Shown one piece after another: positions 39,509 to 48,844 of a stretch of 59,964 bases of DNA. The stretch is from the IMG/VR virus record IMGVR_UViG_3300031669_000026, positions 1-59,964 of that record. One strand, 5' to 3'. Below the pieces are notes generated by a model, which saw only the letters and a list, made by a program, of their open reading frames with translations, had not been told where the DNA came from and made no database searches. The position numbers were made by a program, and so were the translations under genes. Source of the DNA: a virus. Lineage: Duplodnaviria; Caudoviricetes. How positions within the stretch are numbered: the stretch's first letter is position 1; each line of letters opens with the position of its first letter.

Positions 39509-39530
39509 GTGTTTAATTTTTATAGAGAAA
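39506..39530 (+). repeat. 25-nt promoter-upstream repeat, copy 2
   Basis: Identical to 33563-33587. Confidence 0.85.
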
Positions 39531-39546
39531 TTATTAAAGAAAAGAC

Positions 39547-39575
39547 TTGACTTCGCTTTAAATTTACGTTATAAT
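39547..39575 (+). promoter_or_regulatory. Sigma70-type early promoter P3
   Basis: AAAGAC TTGACT-N17-TATAAT GTAGTTAAAT. Confidence 0.8.
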
Positions 39576-39656
39576 GTAGTTAAATTAGAATAAAAAAAGC
39601 TAAAGTTTTTAAAGCATTGTGCCGATAAGAAAGATAAACTTTAAAGGGAGGTTATT

Positions 39657-40106
39657 ATGAAAATTTTAGTTAGCACGAAAAATACCCAAGGAAAGAGAAA
39701 TAATGATTTTTGTTTTGTACCAGAAAATGAAATAGTAATATATCCATTTTTTGAATGTGGGAGTGAAAGTTTGGATGATGATTGCGGTTGTAAGAGAAGT
39801 TTATGCGGGATAAAATCGATGACAGCAACAACAACTTTTAAAGTAGTGGATATGGCTATAACTAAAAAAGAATTTGTAAAGTTATACAAAAAAGCGATGA
39901 TAAACGCTGGTTTTGGAAAGATTTTTAAAGGAAGAGATAAAGAGCTTAAAATTGAAATGGAAAAGCGGTTGGATGCTATGGCGACAGAACTTACTATGAT
40001 AGCAAAAATGTACGCTCTTGAAACAGTTTTGGAGCGGAGAGAGTTTGGTTTATTTTGTACCAGACAAAACAAAGGTGTAGAAAAGAGTGTAGAAATAGTA
40101 AGATAA
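39657..40106 (+). CDS. Cys-rich hypothetical protein
   Basis: TQG.R.NDF..C......DD.CGC.R; GGGAGG RBS. Confidence 0.6.
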   Translation: MKILVSTKNTQGKRNNDFCFVPENEIVIYPFFECGSESLDDDCGCKRSLCGIKSMTATTTFKVVDMAITKKEFVKLYKKAMINAGFGKIFKGRDKELKIEMEKRLDAMATELTMIAKMYALETVLERREFGLFCTRQNKGVEKSVEIVR

Positions 40107-40143
40107 AGATAAAAACAATTATTAATTTTAGGGAGGAAAGCAA

Positions 40144-40293
40144 ATGGCAGAAGTTAAAATAACAAAGGAAAAGAAAGCGGAATATTTGCAAAAAATAAAA
40201 AACAGAATATGTCTTAAATGTGGTGCGAAACATACCAAAAAGTATTGTAATGCTTTATGTCCTGTTTGTTATAAACTGTTTAGAAAAGTTTGA
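40144..40293 (+). CDS. Small zinc-finger protein (49 aa, not in the ORF track)
   Basis: GGGAGG RBS; CLKC..CPVC. Confidence 0.55.
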   Translation: MAEVKITKEKKAEYLQKIKNRICLKCGAKHTKKYCNALCPVCYKLFRKV

Positions 40294-40385
40294 ATCCAAA
40301 GAACCTGTTAGCATTCCAATACATTGTGTCCTATTTGCTACAAATGGTTTAGAAAATGTTTGAATGCATTATAAAAAGAAAAGAC

Positions 40386-40414
40386 TTGACAAACAATTTT
40401 AAAGATGGTATAAT
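40386..40414 (+). promoter_or_regulatory. Sigma70-type early promoter P4
   Basis: AAAAGAC TTGACA-N17-TATAAT with an extended TG. Confidence 0.85.
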
Positions 40415-40450
40415 GTAATCAATTGTTAATTAATTTAGGGAGGAAAGCAA

Positions 40451-41071
40451 ATGGCTGGAATAGAAAGTTTATTAAATGAAGTTAAAGTAACAAAGGAAAA
40501 GAAAAGTAACGGTAAAGAAAAAGTATTTTATCCCTGTCAGAAAAGAGTAGTTGATGATATTGTATCATTAAAAAAGGAAAGAGATAATCTTAATACTGAT
40601 ATTGCCAAAAAAGAATACGATTTAGAAATAGGTGTCAGAGCAAAAAGAGAAGGCGATGCGAAAAGAGGAAATTATATCCAGACTTATTATTTGGAAGGAA
40701 GTGACCAAACAATTAGAGTAACTTGCAGCGACCGTTTTAGTAATATAGCAGAAGAAGATGTGGAGGATTTGAAAGAATTTTGTAAAAGTAAGGATCTGGA
40801 ATTTGATAATTTTTTTACTACAAAAGAAAGTCTCCAGACAAAGTCTGAAGCTTTTACAAAAGAAAATCTTAATAAAATGTTGGATTCTTTTAAGAAGACT
40901 TTTGGAAAAGAAGGCGGAGTTGATTTTTTTAAAAGTATGTTTGAATATACAAACGTGGTTTCGCCATCCAAAGGTTTTGATAAATCCCAATTTGATTTGC
41001 AGGATGATGTTAGAAATGAAATAACAACTCGTTTTACCAAACAAGCAAAAGCATCCGTTGTTACAAAGTAA
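40451..41071 (+). CDS. Hypothetical early protein
   Basis: Strong promoter and GGGAGG RBS. Confidence 0.65.
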   Translation: MAGIESLLNEVKVTKEKKSNGKEKVFYPCQKRVVDDIVSLKKERDNLNTDIAKKEYDLEIGVRAKREGDAKRGNYIQTYYLEGSDQTIRVTCSDRFSNIAEEDVEDLKEFCKSKDLEFDNFFTTKESLQTKSEAFTKENLNKMLDSFKKTFGKEGGVDFFKSMFEYTNVVSPSKGFDKSQFDLQDDVRNEITTRFTKQAKASVVTK

Positions 41072-41101
41072 GACAACTAACAAAACAGGAGGTATTGAGC
41101 A

Positions 41102-41299
41102 ATGGAAATGCCGGGAATAAAAAGCACATTTAAAAACGGTGACATTGTAAAACATATCCGCGGAGGAAGTGGGAAAATAAAACATCAGGAGAATGATTGG
41201 TCCACAGTTCCTCCTACGGTGATGGCGATAGTAGAAGTTATGGATACAGCATTTCATAATATCAGACGAATCCCAATAGAAGATTTGAGGTTATTATGA
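41102..41299 (+). CDS. Small SH3-like hypothetical protein
   Basis: FKNGDIVKH..G.GKI; GGAGG RBS. Confidence 0.55.
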   Translation: MEMPGIKSTFKNGDIVKHIRGGSGKIKHQENDWSTVPPTVMAIVEVMDTAFHNIRRIPIEDLRLL

Positions 41300-41946
41300 A
41301 ACTTGATAAATTCAAATTTTATTTTCCAGCACAACCAAAAAGAGTTTGGGAAGGTAGTTCTTTATTGTTAGAAATGTGCCACGATAAAGATGTTGTTGCC
41401 GAGTATAAAAAGAATGGCTGGCAATGGATTTTGGTTAGACAAGCAAACGGTGTTTTCGAAGCTTGGAATAGGCATGGGGAAAAATCTTCTCTTCGAATCG
41501 AGCCTTATATAGAAGAATTAAATAGATTGCCTTGGAAGGGATTGTGCTCCGTTCAAATAGAGGTTTTGGATAGAAGGACGATTAAAAAAGAAGAAAAAGA
41601 AAAGTTATTCTTTTTTGATACTATGATTTGGGATAATGAGCTTTTAAATCAAAGAACTTTTGCAGAACGGAGAGAAATTTTAGAATATCAATTTAAAGAT
41701 ATAGATACAAAATATGATTGGTTAAAAGGCGATGGCGAACAGTTGCAGTTATCAAAGATTTTTTACAATAGTGAAACAGATTTTAAAGAACTTTATAAGG
41801 AAGCAATTAAAACTAATCTTAATGAAGGATTGGTTTTAAAAAGGCTATCTGCAAAATTAGAAATACATCCAAGAAGTGAATTTAAAAGCCGATTTTCTTG
41901 TTATAAATGGAAGAAACTTGAAGCACACATGAAGGAAAAAAAATGA
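41296..41946 (+). CDS. ATP-dependent ligase-like adenylation domain
   Basis: EYKKNGW (motif I), WNRHG, FFDTM, F.ERR..L, EGLVLK, YKWK. Confidence 0.75.
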   Translation: MKLDKFKFYFPAQPKRVWEGSSLLLEMCHDKDVVAEYKKNGWQWILVRQANGVFEAWNRHGEKSSLRIEPYIEELNRLPWKGLCSVQIEVLDRRTIKKEEKEKLFFFDTMIWDNELLNQRTFAERREILEYQFKDIDTKYDWLKGDGEQLQLSKIFYNSETDFKELYKEAIKTNLNEGLVLKRLSAKLEIHPRSEFKSRFSCYKWKKLEAHMKEKK

Positions 41947-42563
41947 AAAATTTAATGAAAAATTTGATTGAAGAAACTCAAGAATTTGCTATTGAAGGTT
42001 TTTATAAAGTATTAATAACCAAGACCGAGCAAGCAAAAAAGGAATTAAAATTAATTCAGGAGATTTTCGAAAAGAATTCTAATTTTATTTTGGATTCTAA
42101 TGTTGGTATTAGTACTCCCGCTGGAAAAATGGGTATAATGTCTTATATGTACGGGATGCTAGTTCTTATACGTAACGCTGAAACAGTAGTTTTTAGGGCG
42201 GATACAAAAGCTATATGTGGGTTTTATAAAGAAGATAACAGATATATAATGGTTCCATTTTTGGGAGCGGATAAGATTAAAATGGGAATTGAAATTGATC
42301 GTATTTTAAGGGATGCAAATATTCATGTTGAAGTTCATGATGAAACTGATTCTTTTGATGGGCCTTGGCAATGGGAAATGCCTAAAAAACAAAAACTTTT
42401 AATAGGAGTTCCGTCTGAAATTGTAAATTTATCAGGAAGACAGAGATATGCAACTAATGTCGCTAAAGAATTTGTTCCTTTAATAGAACAAGAATTAAGA
42501 AAGGAACAACAATTTGAAGCTATTTTAAAAAATATTGATTCCAAAAAAATGGCAAGGGCTTGA
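41943..42563 (+). CDS. Hypothetical protein
   Basis: Coupled ORF, 206 aa. Confidence 0.55.
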   Translation: MKNLMKNLIEETQEFAIEGFYKVLITKTEQAKKELKLIQEIFEKNSNFILDSNVGISTPAGKMGIMSYMYGMLVLIRNAETVVFRADTKAICGFYKEDNRYIMVPFLGADKIKMGIEIDRILRDANIHVEVHDETDSFDGPWQWEMPKKQKLLIGVPSEIVNLSGRQRYATNVAKEFVPLIEQELRKEQQFEAILKNIDSKKMARA

Positions 42564-42593
42564 AATAGTAAACTATTTTTAAAGGATAAAAAA

Positions 42594-42833
42594 ATGAAAA
42601 GTTTTACAAATATTGTTGAGGAAAAAATGATAAATAGACTTTCACCGAAAGAAAATATTGAAACTAGGCTTTATCGAAGAGAATTGGCTGATGCCAGAAT
42701 AAAATTATGTTTAGGTGGAGATCCTACTGATGTTACAAAGTTTTGTGAGTATTATTTAGTATGCAAAGAAATAGGTTTTTGTGCTTTACAACAATGCTGT
42801 TTTGAGGAAGGAATAATATTACCCACTAATTAA
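42594..42833 (+). CDS. Small Cys-rich hypothetical protein
   Basis: AAGGA RBS. Confidence 0.45.
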   Translation: MKSFTNIVEEKMINRLSPKENIETRLYRRELADARIKLCLGGDPTDVTKFCEYYLVCKEIGFCALQQCCFEEGIILPTN

Positions 42834-42855
42834 AAACTTGAAAGGAGTTAATCTA

Positions 42856-43062
42856 ATGGGAAAGGCCAAAGAAAAAATAAGGAAAAAAAGATGCGGACGT
42901 TCTAAACGGAAAGAACGAGCAAGTGCATTTGAAAACATAGCCAACGCTGCTTCCTTGAAATGTTATGATAAGTTTAAAGAAAAAATAAGGGATTTGGAAA
43001 GAATAGAAAAGGAAAAAAAATGTGGTGGTACAAAGAATAGAAAGGAAAAATATACAACATAG
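42856..43062 (+). CDS. Small basic hypothetical protein
   Basis: AAGGAG RBS before ATG 42856. Confidence 0.45.
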   Translation: MGKAKEKIRKKRCGRSKRKERASAFENIANAASLKCYDKFKEKIRDLERIEKEKKCGGTKNRKEKYTT

Positions 43063-43069
43063 GTTAGCT

Positions 43070-43098
43070 AAAAATACTAAAGCTTCGGCGTATTTTTT
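43070..43098 (+). terminator. Possible terminator/hairpin with UUCG loop
   Basis: AAAAATAC..GC TTCG GC GTATTTTT; bulged stem. Confidence 0.35.
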
Positions 43099-43113
43099 AT
43101 TAATGGGGAAACT

Positions 43114-43317
43114 ATGTATATTAAAATTAAAATAAATGATAAAGAAGTGTTAGTCGACAAAGAAGATTATATTGTAGCAAGAACTAAAGATTTAAAGGAA
43201 TTTGGTTACAGTTCCATTACTGAGGATGATGTGAGGTCTCAATTAGAAAAAGTTTTCAAAGGAGAAGTGTTATCGGTTATTGGTCTTTTTATTAAGGATG
43301 ATATAATAAAAAAATGA
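43114..43317 (+). CDS. Hypothetical protein
   Basis: GGGG RBS; 67 aa. Confidence 0.5.
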   Translation: MYIKIKINDKEVLVDKEDYIVARTKDLKEFGYSSITEDDVRSQLEKVFKGEVLSVIGLFIKDDIIKK

Positions 43318-43339
43318 TAAAGAAAAGGAGATTTCAATT

Positions 43340-43993
43340 ATGCCACCTAAAACAGTTGTTTGTTCTATATGCGGATATAAAGTAAACAAAAGACAAACAC
43401 TTCAAATTGGAAATGGTTTAAGGGCATGCCATTTTCATAAAGAGACAATAAAAAAGTCCGAAGAATTGAAGAATGAATTAAAGAATGAATTAAAGAAAAA
43501 AGAATTAATTAAAAAAGAATTAAAGAAAACCAATAGATTTTTGACAACAGAATCTTTGGAAAAACATAAAGATTTTGTTCAGAATCATTGTTGGGTTTGT
43601 TGTAAAAAAGGAATTAACATCAAGGAATTGTATTACAAAATGTTAGTTGGAATGGAAAAAATCAAACTTAAAGGAGAACAAATTGATTTTCTAAACATGC
43701 CTTTTCAGCTAAAAAAAGAAATGAGTTTGGAGAATGTTCCAACCCTCGTAACAATTGAAGTAAAGAAAAAGGATATATCAAAATTTTTACATAAAATGGT
43801 AGCAGAGTTTTATTCTTTTACTCGAACGGCACAAATATGTGTTGAATGTTTAAAAAAGCTAGACTTATTTGATGAATGGCAAAAATCAATTCCACAACCT
43901 TCTCTGAATCAAATGTTATATTTGGGAGAAGCCTACCAAACTTCAGATTTAGCAAAAAATGTTTTAAAAGATGCAGTTGATTCTTTGGATTAA
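43340..43993 (+). CDS. Zinc-binding hypothetical protein
   Basis: CSIC..CHFH, CWVC..CVEC; AAGGAG RBS. Confidence 0.55.
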   Translation: MPPKTVVCSICGYKVNKRQTLQIGNGLRACHFHKETIKKSEELKNELKNELKKKELIKKELKKTNRFLTTESLEKHKDFVQNHCWVCCKKGINIKELYYKMLVGMEKIKLKGEQIDFLNMPFQLKKEMSLENVPTLVTIEVKKKDISKFLHKMVAEFYSFTRTAQICVECLKKLDLFDEWQKSIPQPSLNQMLYLGEAYQTSDLAKNVLKDAVDSLD

Positions 43994-43999
43994 AAAATA

Positions 44000-44596
44000 A
44001 TGAAAAAATATACATTTGTAAAAATAAAATATAAGGGATTTGGTGACTGGGGTTGGTGGTTAAAAATAGAAAATTGGTTGCAGCTTTATGATTGGTACAT
44101 GGAAGTACAGGCAAGAATAGTTGGTTGGGGTGTCTTAAATTTTTTAGCTTCAAAAGAGTTTCACTATCTTATATCGGATAAACCCCATAAAAAAAATCAT
44201 TACAATACAGCATACGGCCAAATACTTTTGTTCGAAGCAAAAAAACAATTTGCATTAGGTAAAAAAGTTGGTCTTATTTCATTAATAGAATTTTTATCCA
44301 AGACTTTGTTGGAAGATAAAACTAAACAGCTAAACAAAGGAATTATTTTGTATATAAACAAGGCTGGTGGTTATTCTCCTGAATGTAAGTCATTTGAAGA
44401 AATTGATTTTGTAAAAAAAGATGAATGTATATTTCCAGAATGTACAGAAAATGATATTAAGATTTTACAGTGGGATGGTGGAAAACACTGGTACGCCAAG
44501 TTAGGTGGCACGGATGTTGTGGTTGATGGTAAGCAAAAATGGAAAACTTATGATCAAGCAAAAAACAGCGCAATAGAATTTTTAAAAGTTTTATGA
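44000..44596 (+). CDS. Hypothetical phage protein
   Basis: 198-aa ORF within the operon. Confidence 0.55.
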   Translation: MKKYTFVKIKYKGFGDWGWWLKIENWLQLYDWYMEVQARIVGWGVLNFLASKEFHYLISDKPHKKNHYNTAYGQILLFEAKKQFALGKKVGLISLIEFLSKTLLEDKTKQLNKGIILYINKAGGYSPECKSFEEIDFVKKDECIFPECTENDIKILQWDGGKHWYAKLGGTDVVVDGKQKWKTYDQAKNSAIEFLKVL

Positions 44597-44616
44597 AATA
44601 TGAGAAAAGAGGGAAT

Positions 44617-45060
44617 ATGATAAATAACTTTTCAGGTAATTATAGATTTTTAAGTAACTTTTATGAACATGAGATTTGTGTGGATGAAATACCATATCCA
44701 ACAATGGAACATTACTTCCAAGCCCAGAAGACTAATAACTTGGAAGAATTTAGTAAAATTATAAACGCACGATCGCCTGGAAAGGCGAAAAGAATTGGTC
44801 GAACAGTAGTACTGAAAGATGATTGGGAAAATATCAAAATATCATTAATGGAAAGAGGACTTCAAGAAAAATTTAAGGATAACATACTCAAAATTCAATT
44901 ACTTCATACTGGAGAGAATGAGTTAGTTGAAGGAAATAATTGGAACGACACCTTTTGGGGTGTATGCAAAGGGGCCGGAAGGAATGAGTTAGGAAAACTT
45001 CTTATGAAGCTTAGAGATAAATTGAGAAGAGATGAGGAAATAAATTTAAAAAAGTTATGA
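44617..45060 (+). CDS. NADAR (YbiA/DUF1768) family protein
   Basis: FLSNFY, EHYFQAQK, AKRIGR, LVEGN.W.DTFWG..G.N.LGKLLM..R. Confidence 0.92.
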   Translation: MINNFSGNYRFLSNFYEHEICVDEIPYPTMEHYFQAQKTNNLEEFSKIINARSPGKAKRIGRTVVLKDDWENIKISLMERGLQEKFKDNILKIQLLHTGENELVEGNNWNDTFWGVCKGAGRNELGKLLMKLRDKLRRDEEINLKKL

Positions 45061-46826
45061 TTTATATTGAACATTTGGACAATTATAGATTGAAATGTTG
45101 GCATGAAAAGAGAAAATCATTGGCACTGGTTTTTAGTTCTTTGATATCTGCCAGATTTTCTAAAAAAGAGAAAACATGGTCTTTTGATTTAAGAGAACTT
45201 TCTAAACTCGTAGATAATCTTGATATTCTGAAAATTACAGATAGAATTATAGATGATGTTGCTATAGAAGAATTTGTTAAATATTCTAACCTAGAGAAAG
45301 ATTTAAAATTTATTAAAACAGGAAAAAATAATTTTATATTGGATTCTGTTAAGTTTAAAACAAAACAATTTTTAGAACAGAAAACAGGATCGTTATATTT
45401 ATTGCAAAGAAATAAAAGCGGTATTTTTGATGAAATGGGATTAGGTAAAACCAAACAGGTTTTGGATACATTGCAATATTGGAAAGATCATAAAATGATA
45501 AAAAGCGGTGGGATAGTAATATGTCCAAATACTGCTAAATTTTCATGGACAGATGAAATTAAAAAACATTCTAATTTTAGTCATTTTGAAATAGGAAATG
45601 GAACTGAATTATGTAAAAGAGATATTTCTTTTATGCGAACTTCTCCACGTGATTTGTTTATAATACACATGGATAGTTTGAGATATATTGTTGAAGATTT
45701 AATGAAATTAAATCCAGGATTTATTTTTGTTGATGAATATCATTTTTTTAAAAATATAGGAAATTCTAGAGTTCCCGGATCCCTTAGAACACAGGCATTG
45801 TTTTTTCTTATTAATGAATGGGAGAAAAAAAATAAAGATTTAAAAGTAATTATTATGACAGGTACTCCAATAGCTGAGAGACCAGAAGAAGCTTATTCTG
45901 TTTTACAAATGCTTATGCCAGGTTTTGTATCTTCTTATAGTAGGTTTATTAGTAGATTTTGTGTATATGAAGATAAATTTTTTTATGTAAAAAACAAAAA
46001 CGGAGGAAAAGCATTCCGCAAAAAGATTCGAGAGGTTGCGGGATATAAAAATTTAAGAGAATTAAAAGATTTAATAGAATTTGTGGGCATAAGAAGACTT
46101 AAATCTGAAGTAGAAGATTTTCCAGAAAAAATGGAAATTAAAAAATATGTTGTATTGGATAAAGAGCATCTGAAAAATTATGAGAAAGTTAAAGCAGCGA
46201 CCAGACAAGAAATTGTACAATTAAAAGCAAGCGGAACTCCTTTTAATGTAAAAAACAAATTTGTTAGACTTATGCAGATCATCAACAATCCAGCAATTCT
46301 TGGAGGACATAATTACTCATGTAAATACGAATTACTAGACGAGTTGTTGGATGAAATAATGTGTGACCAAGAAGAAAAAGTAATTTTATGGACAATATAT
46401 AGAAAAGCTATTGAATTGTTATTTAATCGTTACAATAAACTTTATGGTGCGGATTGTATTTTCGGTGATGTTAAAATACAAGATAGAGGAGATATAGTAA
46501 AAAGATTTAATAATGATAAAAAACCTCGTTTGTTAATATGTAATCCACAAGCTGGTGGAGTTGCTCTTAATTTGCAGAGAGCACAAACTGCAATTTATGT
46601 GGATTGTATGTTTTCACTAACACAGCGATTGCAAAGTGAAGATAGAATACATCGAAGAAGTTCCAAAGGAACAGTAAGAATTATTAGCATAGTTGCAAAA
46701 GATACAATAGACGAAGGTTTAATTGAGATATTAAAGAAAAAGAAAAATTTAAAAGAAGCATTGTTGACATCGGATGATTTACTTGTAGAACAAAACAAAG
46801 AATATTTGTTATCCTTTTTAAAATAG
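45057..46826 (+). CDS. SNF2-family DEAH helicase
   Basis: DEMGLGKT, DEYH, MTGTP, GGVALNLQ, QSEDRIHR. Confidence 0.92.
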   Translation: MIYIEHLDNYRLKCWHEKRKSLALVFSSLISARFSKKEKTWSFDLRELSKLVDNLDILKITDRIIDDVAIEEFVKYSNLEKDLKFIKTGKNNFILDSVKFKTKQFLEQKTGSLYLLQRNKSGIFDEMGLGKTKQVLDTLQYWKDHKMIKSGGIVICPNTAKFSWTDEIKKHSNFSHFEIGNGTELCKRDISFMRTSPRDLFIIHMDSLRYIVEDLMKLNPGFIFVDEYHFFKNIGNSRVPGSLRTQALFFLINEWEKKNKDLKVIIMTGTPIAERPEEAYSVLQMLMPGFVSSYSRFISRFCVYEDKFFYVKNKNGGKAFRKKIREVAGYKNLRELKDLIEFVGIRRLKSEVEDFPEKMEIKKYVVLDKEHLKNYEKVKAATRQEIVQLKASGTPFNVKNKFVRLMQIINNPAILGGHNYSCKYELLDELLDEIMCDQEEKVILWTIYRKAIELLFNRYNKLYGADCIFGDVKIQDRGDIVKRFNNDKKPRLLICNPQAGGVALNLQRAQTAIYVDCMFSLTQRLQSEDRIHRRSSKGTVRIISIVAKDTIDEGLIEILKKKKNLKEALLTSDDLLVEQNKEYLLSFLK

Positions 46827-46840
46827 AAATGGGGTTTGTT

Positions 46841-46966
46841 ATGATGGCTATTATTGGTACTTTGGGTTGTATTTTGGGTTGGATTTTGGCGGGATTTTAT
46901 TATAGAAAAAAAATGAAATCTTTGGAAGAAAAAAACTTTTACCTACCGGGGAGATATTTAAGATGA
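46841..46966 (+). CDS. Small membrane protein (not in the ORF track)
   Basis: MMAIIGTLGCILGWILAGFYYRKK hydrophobic helix followed by basic residues; stop overlaps the next ATG. Confidence 0.4.
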   Translation: MMAIIGTLGCILGWILAGFYYRKKMKSLEEKNFYLPGRYLR

Positions 46967-47352
46967 AAACTTTAAAAGTTTGGGGAAGTCGGGAAGAGTT
47001 GTTTAGAAATGATAATGTTTTAGTTGCTTTATTGAGATTAGATGTGGGTACTTATTCAAGTTTTCATAATCATAGTGCAAAGTCAGATAAGTTTATTTTA
47101 ATAACTGGAGAAGTTAAAATAGTTACTGAATTGGGAGAAACAATTTTAAAGGATGGACAATCATTGGTTATTGATCCTCCATTATTACATCAGTTTGTAG
47201 TAGAGAAAAATTCAATAATGATTGAGATTTCTTATTCAACTTTAGATTTAGAAGATATTAATCGTATTTATCAAGGTGGTAAAATAATTGACGGAGAAAG
47301 ATATAGTTTAAATGATTTAAATAGAATAGCAAGAGAGCAGGAGGAGGTGTGA
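46963..47352 (+). CDS. Cupin domain protein
   Basis: KVWG..SSFHNH..K...G.V..IDP..LHQF..EIS..DI.R. Confidence 0.75.
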   Translation: MKTLKVWGSREELFRNDNVLVALLRLDVGTYSSFHNHSAKSDKFILITGEVKIVTELGETILKDGQSLVIDPPLLHQFVVEKNSIMIEISYSTLDLEDINRIYQGGKIIDGERYSLNDLNRIAREQEEV

Positions 47353-47353
47353 T

Positions 47354-47626
47354 ATGCCGTATATTAAGAAAGAAGATAGAAAGTGGTTTGATGAATCAAT
47401 TAATGAATTAGTTGATAGATTATGTTCATTAGAGGATGGCCCTGTTGCTGGAGAATTAAATTATGTAATTTCAAGCATATTAGTAAGATGCATGAGAAGA
47501 AAAAAACTTTGTTATAAACTTGCTAACAGGTTGGATGGTGTCTTAGGTTGTGTTTGTAAGGAATTTTATAGGCGGTGGATCGTCCCTTATGAGGACATAA
47601 AAATCAAAGAGAATGGAGATATATAA
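47354..47626 (+). CDS. Conserved phage protein (DUF6899-like)
   Basis: MPYI...R..GELNY.I..G.L.C...EFYRR...PYED.KI.ENGDI. Confidence 0.7.
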   Translation: MPYIKKEDRKWFDESINELVDRLCSLEDGPVAGELNYVISSILVRCMRRKKLCYKLANRLDGVLGCVCKEFYRRWIVPYEDIKIKENGDI

Positions 47627-47627
47627 A

Positions 47628-48827
47628 ATGTTAACAGAAAAACAATTACAAAAATATGCTGATGTGTTAATATGGGGTCTTAAGAAAGCTCGAAAGAAAA
47701 AATATAAAAAAGGTGATATTGTTGTTGTACAATTTGATTTAGGAGCACTTAGGCTTGCTGAGATTTTGCAAGTAAAGTTGTTACAGATAGGATTGAACAC
47801 TCTTATTAAAATGAGTGGAACTGAAACAATGATTTGTGACTTTTATATGAATGCTAATAATGACCAATTAGTTTGGAATTCTCCCTGGAGTAAAAAATAT
47901 GCAAAAAATATCAATGGTGGTATTTATCTTTATGCTCCCGAAGATCTTACTTATTTGAAAGATGTTGATTCAAAGAAGATTGCTCAATCTGCGATATCCA
48001 GAAAATTTATAAAAGATATTTTCGAGAGAAGGGTCCAAGAATGTGAATATGGTTGGACATTGTGTTGTTTACCAACTAAAGCACTTGCTGACGGAGCGTG
48101 CATGAATTTAAAAGATTATACAAATCAAATTGTCAGAGCTTGTTATCTTAATACAATTGACCCAGTTCAAGAATGGGAAAATATGTATAAATCATCTCAA
48201 AGTATTCAGAAAAGATTAAATCACATGCTAGTGAAATCTTATCATATTAAATCACCAAGCATTGATATGGTGATAACTATTGGTGATAATAGAAAGTGGC
48301 TTGGATCAAATGGTTGTAACATTCCAAGTTTTGAGATCTTTACTTCTCCAGATTGGAGAGGAACAGAGGGAGTTTATAATGCAGATTTTCCATCTTATCG
48401 AAATGGAAATTATGTAAAAGGTGTAAAACTTGTGTTTGAAAAAGGAAAAGTTGTTAAAGCCACTGCCGAAAAAGGAGAAAAGTTTTTGAAGAGTCAGTTG
48501 GAAACGGATAATGGTGCTAAAGGAATTGGGGAATTTGCTTTGACAGATAAGAGATTTTCAAAGATTAATGCTTTTATGGCAGATATATTGTTTGATGAAA
48601 ATTATGGCGGGAAGTATGGAAGCATGCACATAGCTCTTGGGGATTCATATACTGATACTTATGATGGTAATCTCAAAACAATGACAAAAGCAAAAAAGAA
48701 GAAGTTAGGTTTTAATGATTCATCAATACATTGGGATTTAATAAATACTGAGAGGAAAACAGTTACGGCCAAACTTTATGATGGCAATGAGGTTATAGCT
48801 TACAGGGATGGAAAATTCATTATTTGA
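47628..48827 (+). CDS. M29 (thermophilic metalloprotease/aminopeptidase T) family aminopeptidase
   Basis: KYADVL, NIPSFEIFTSP, GEFAL, LFDEN..HIALG.SY, G.N.SSIHWDL. Confidence 0.92.
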   Translation: MLTEKQLQKYADVLIWGLKKARKKKYKKGDIVVVQFDLGALRLAEILQVKLLQIGLNTLIKMSGTETMICDFYMNANNDQLVWNSPWSKKYAKNINGGIYLYAPEDLTYLKDVDSKKIAQSAISRKFIKDIFERRVQECEYGWTLCCLPTKALADGACMNLKDYTNQIVRACYLNTIDPVQEWENMYKSSQSIQKRLNHMLVKSYHIKSPSIDMVITIGDNRKWLGSNGCNIPSFEIFTSPDWRGTEGVYNADFPSYRNGNYVKGVKLVFEKGKVVKATAEKGEKFLKSQLETDNGAKGIGEFALTDKRFSKINAFMADILFDENYGGKYGSMHIALGDSYTDTYDGNLKTMTKAKKKKLGFNDSSIHWDLINTERKTVTAKLYDGNEVIAYRDGKFII

Positions 48828-48834
48828 AGGAAAA

Positions 48835-48844
48835 GTGTATAATA
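48835..48844 (+). promoter_or_regulatory. GTGTATAATA putative promoter element (class II)
   Basis: Third copy of the 10-mer, in an intergenic gap. Confidence 0.45.

Noticed and set aside
40622-41257. 211-aa minus-strand ORF and the other minus-strand ORFs in the track
   Set aside because: They are antisense shadows of well-supported + strand genes, with Phe/Ile/Ser-biased composition and no recognisable motifs.
43460-43530. GAATTAAAGAA (ELKN/ELKK) short repeats
   Set aside because: Low-complexity coiled-coil coding slippage, ordinary in AT-rich genes.
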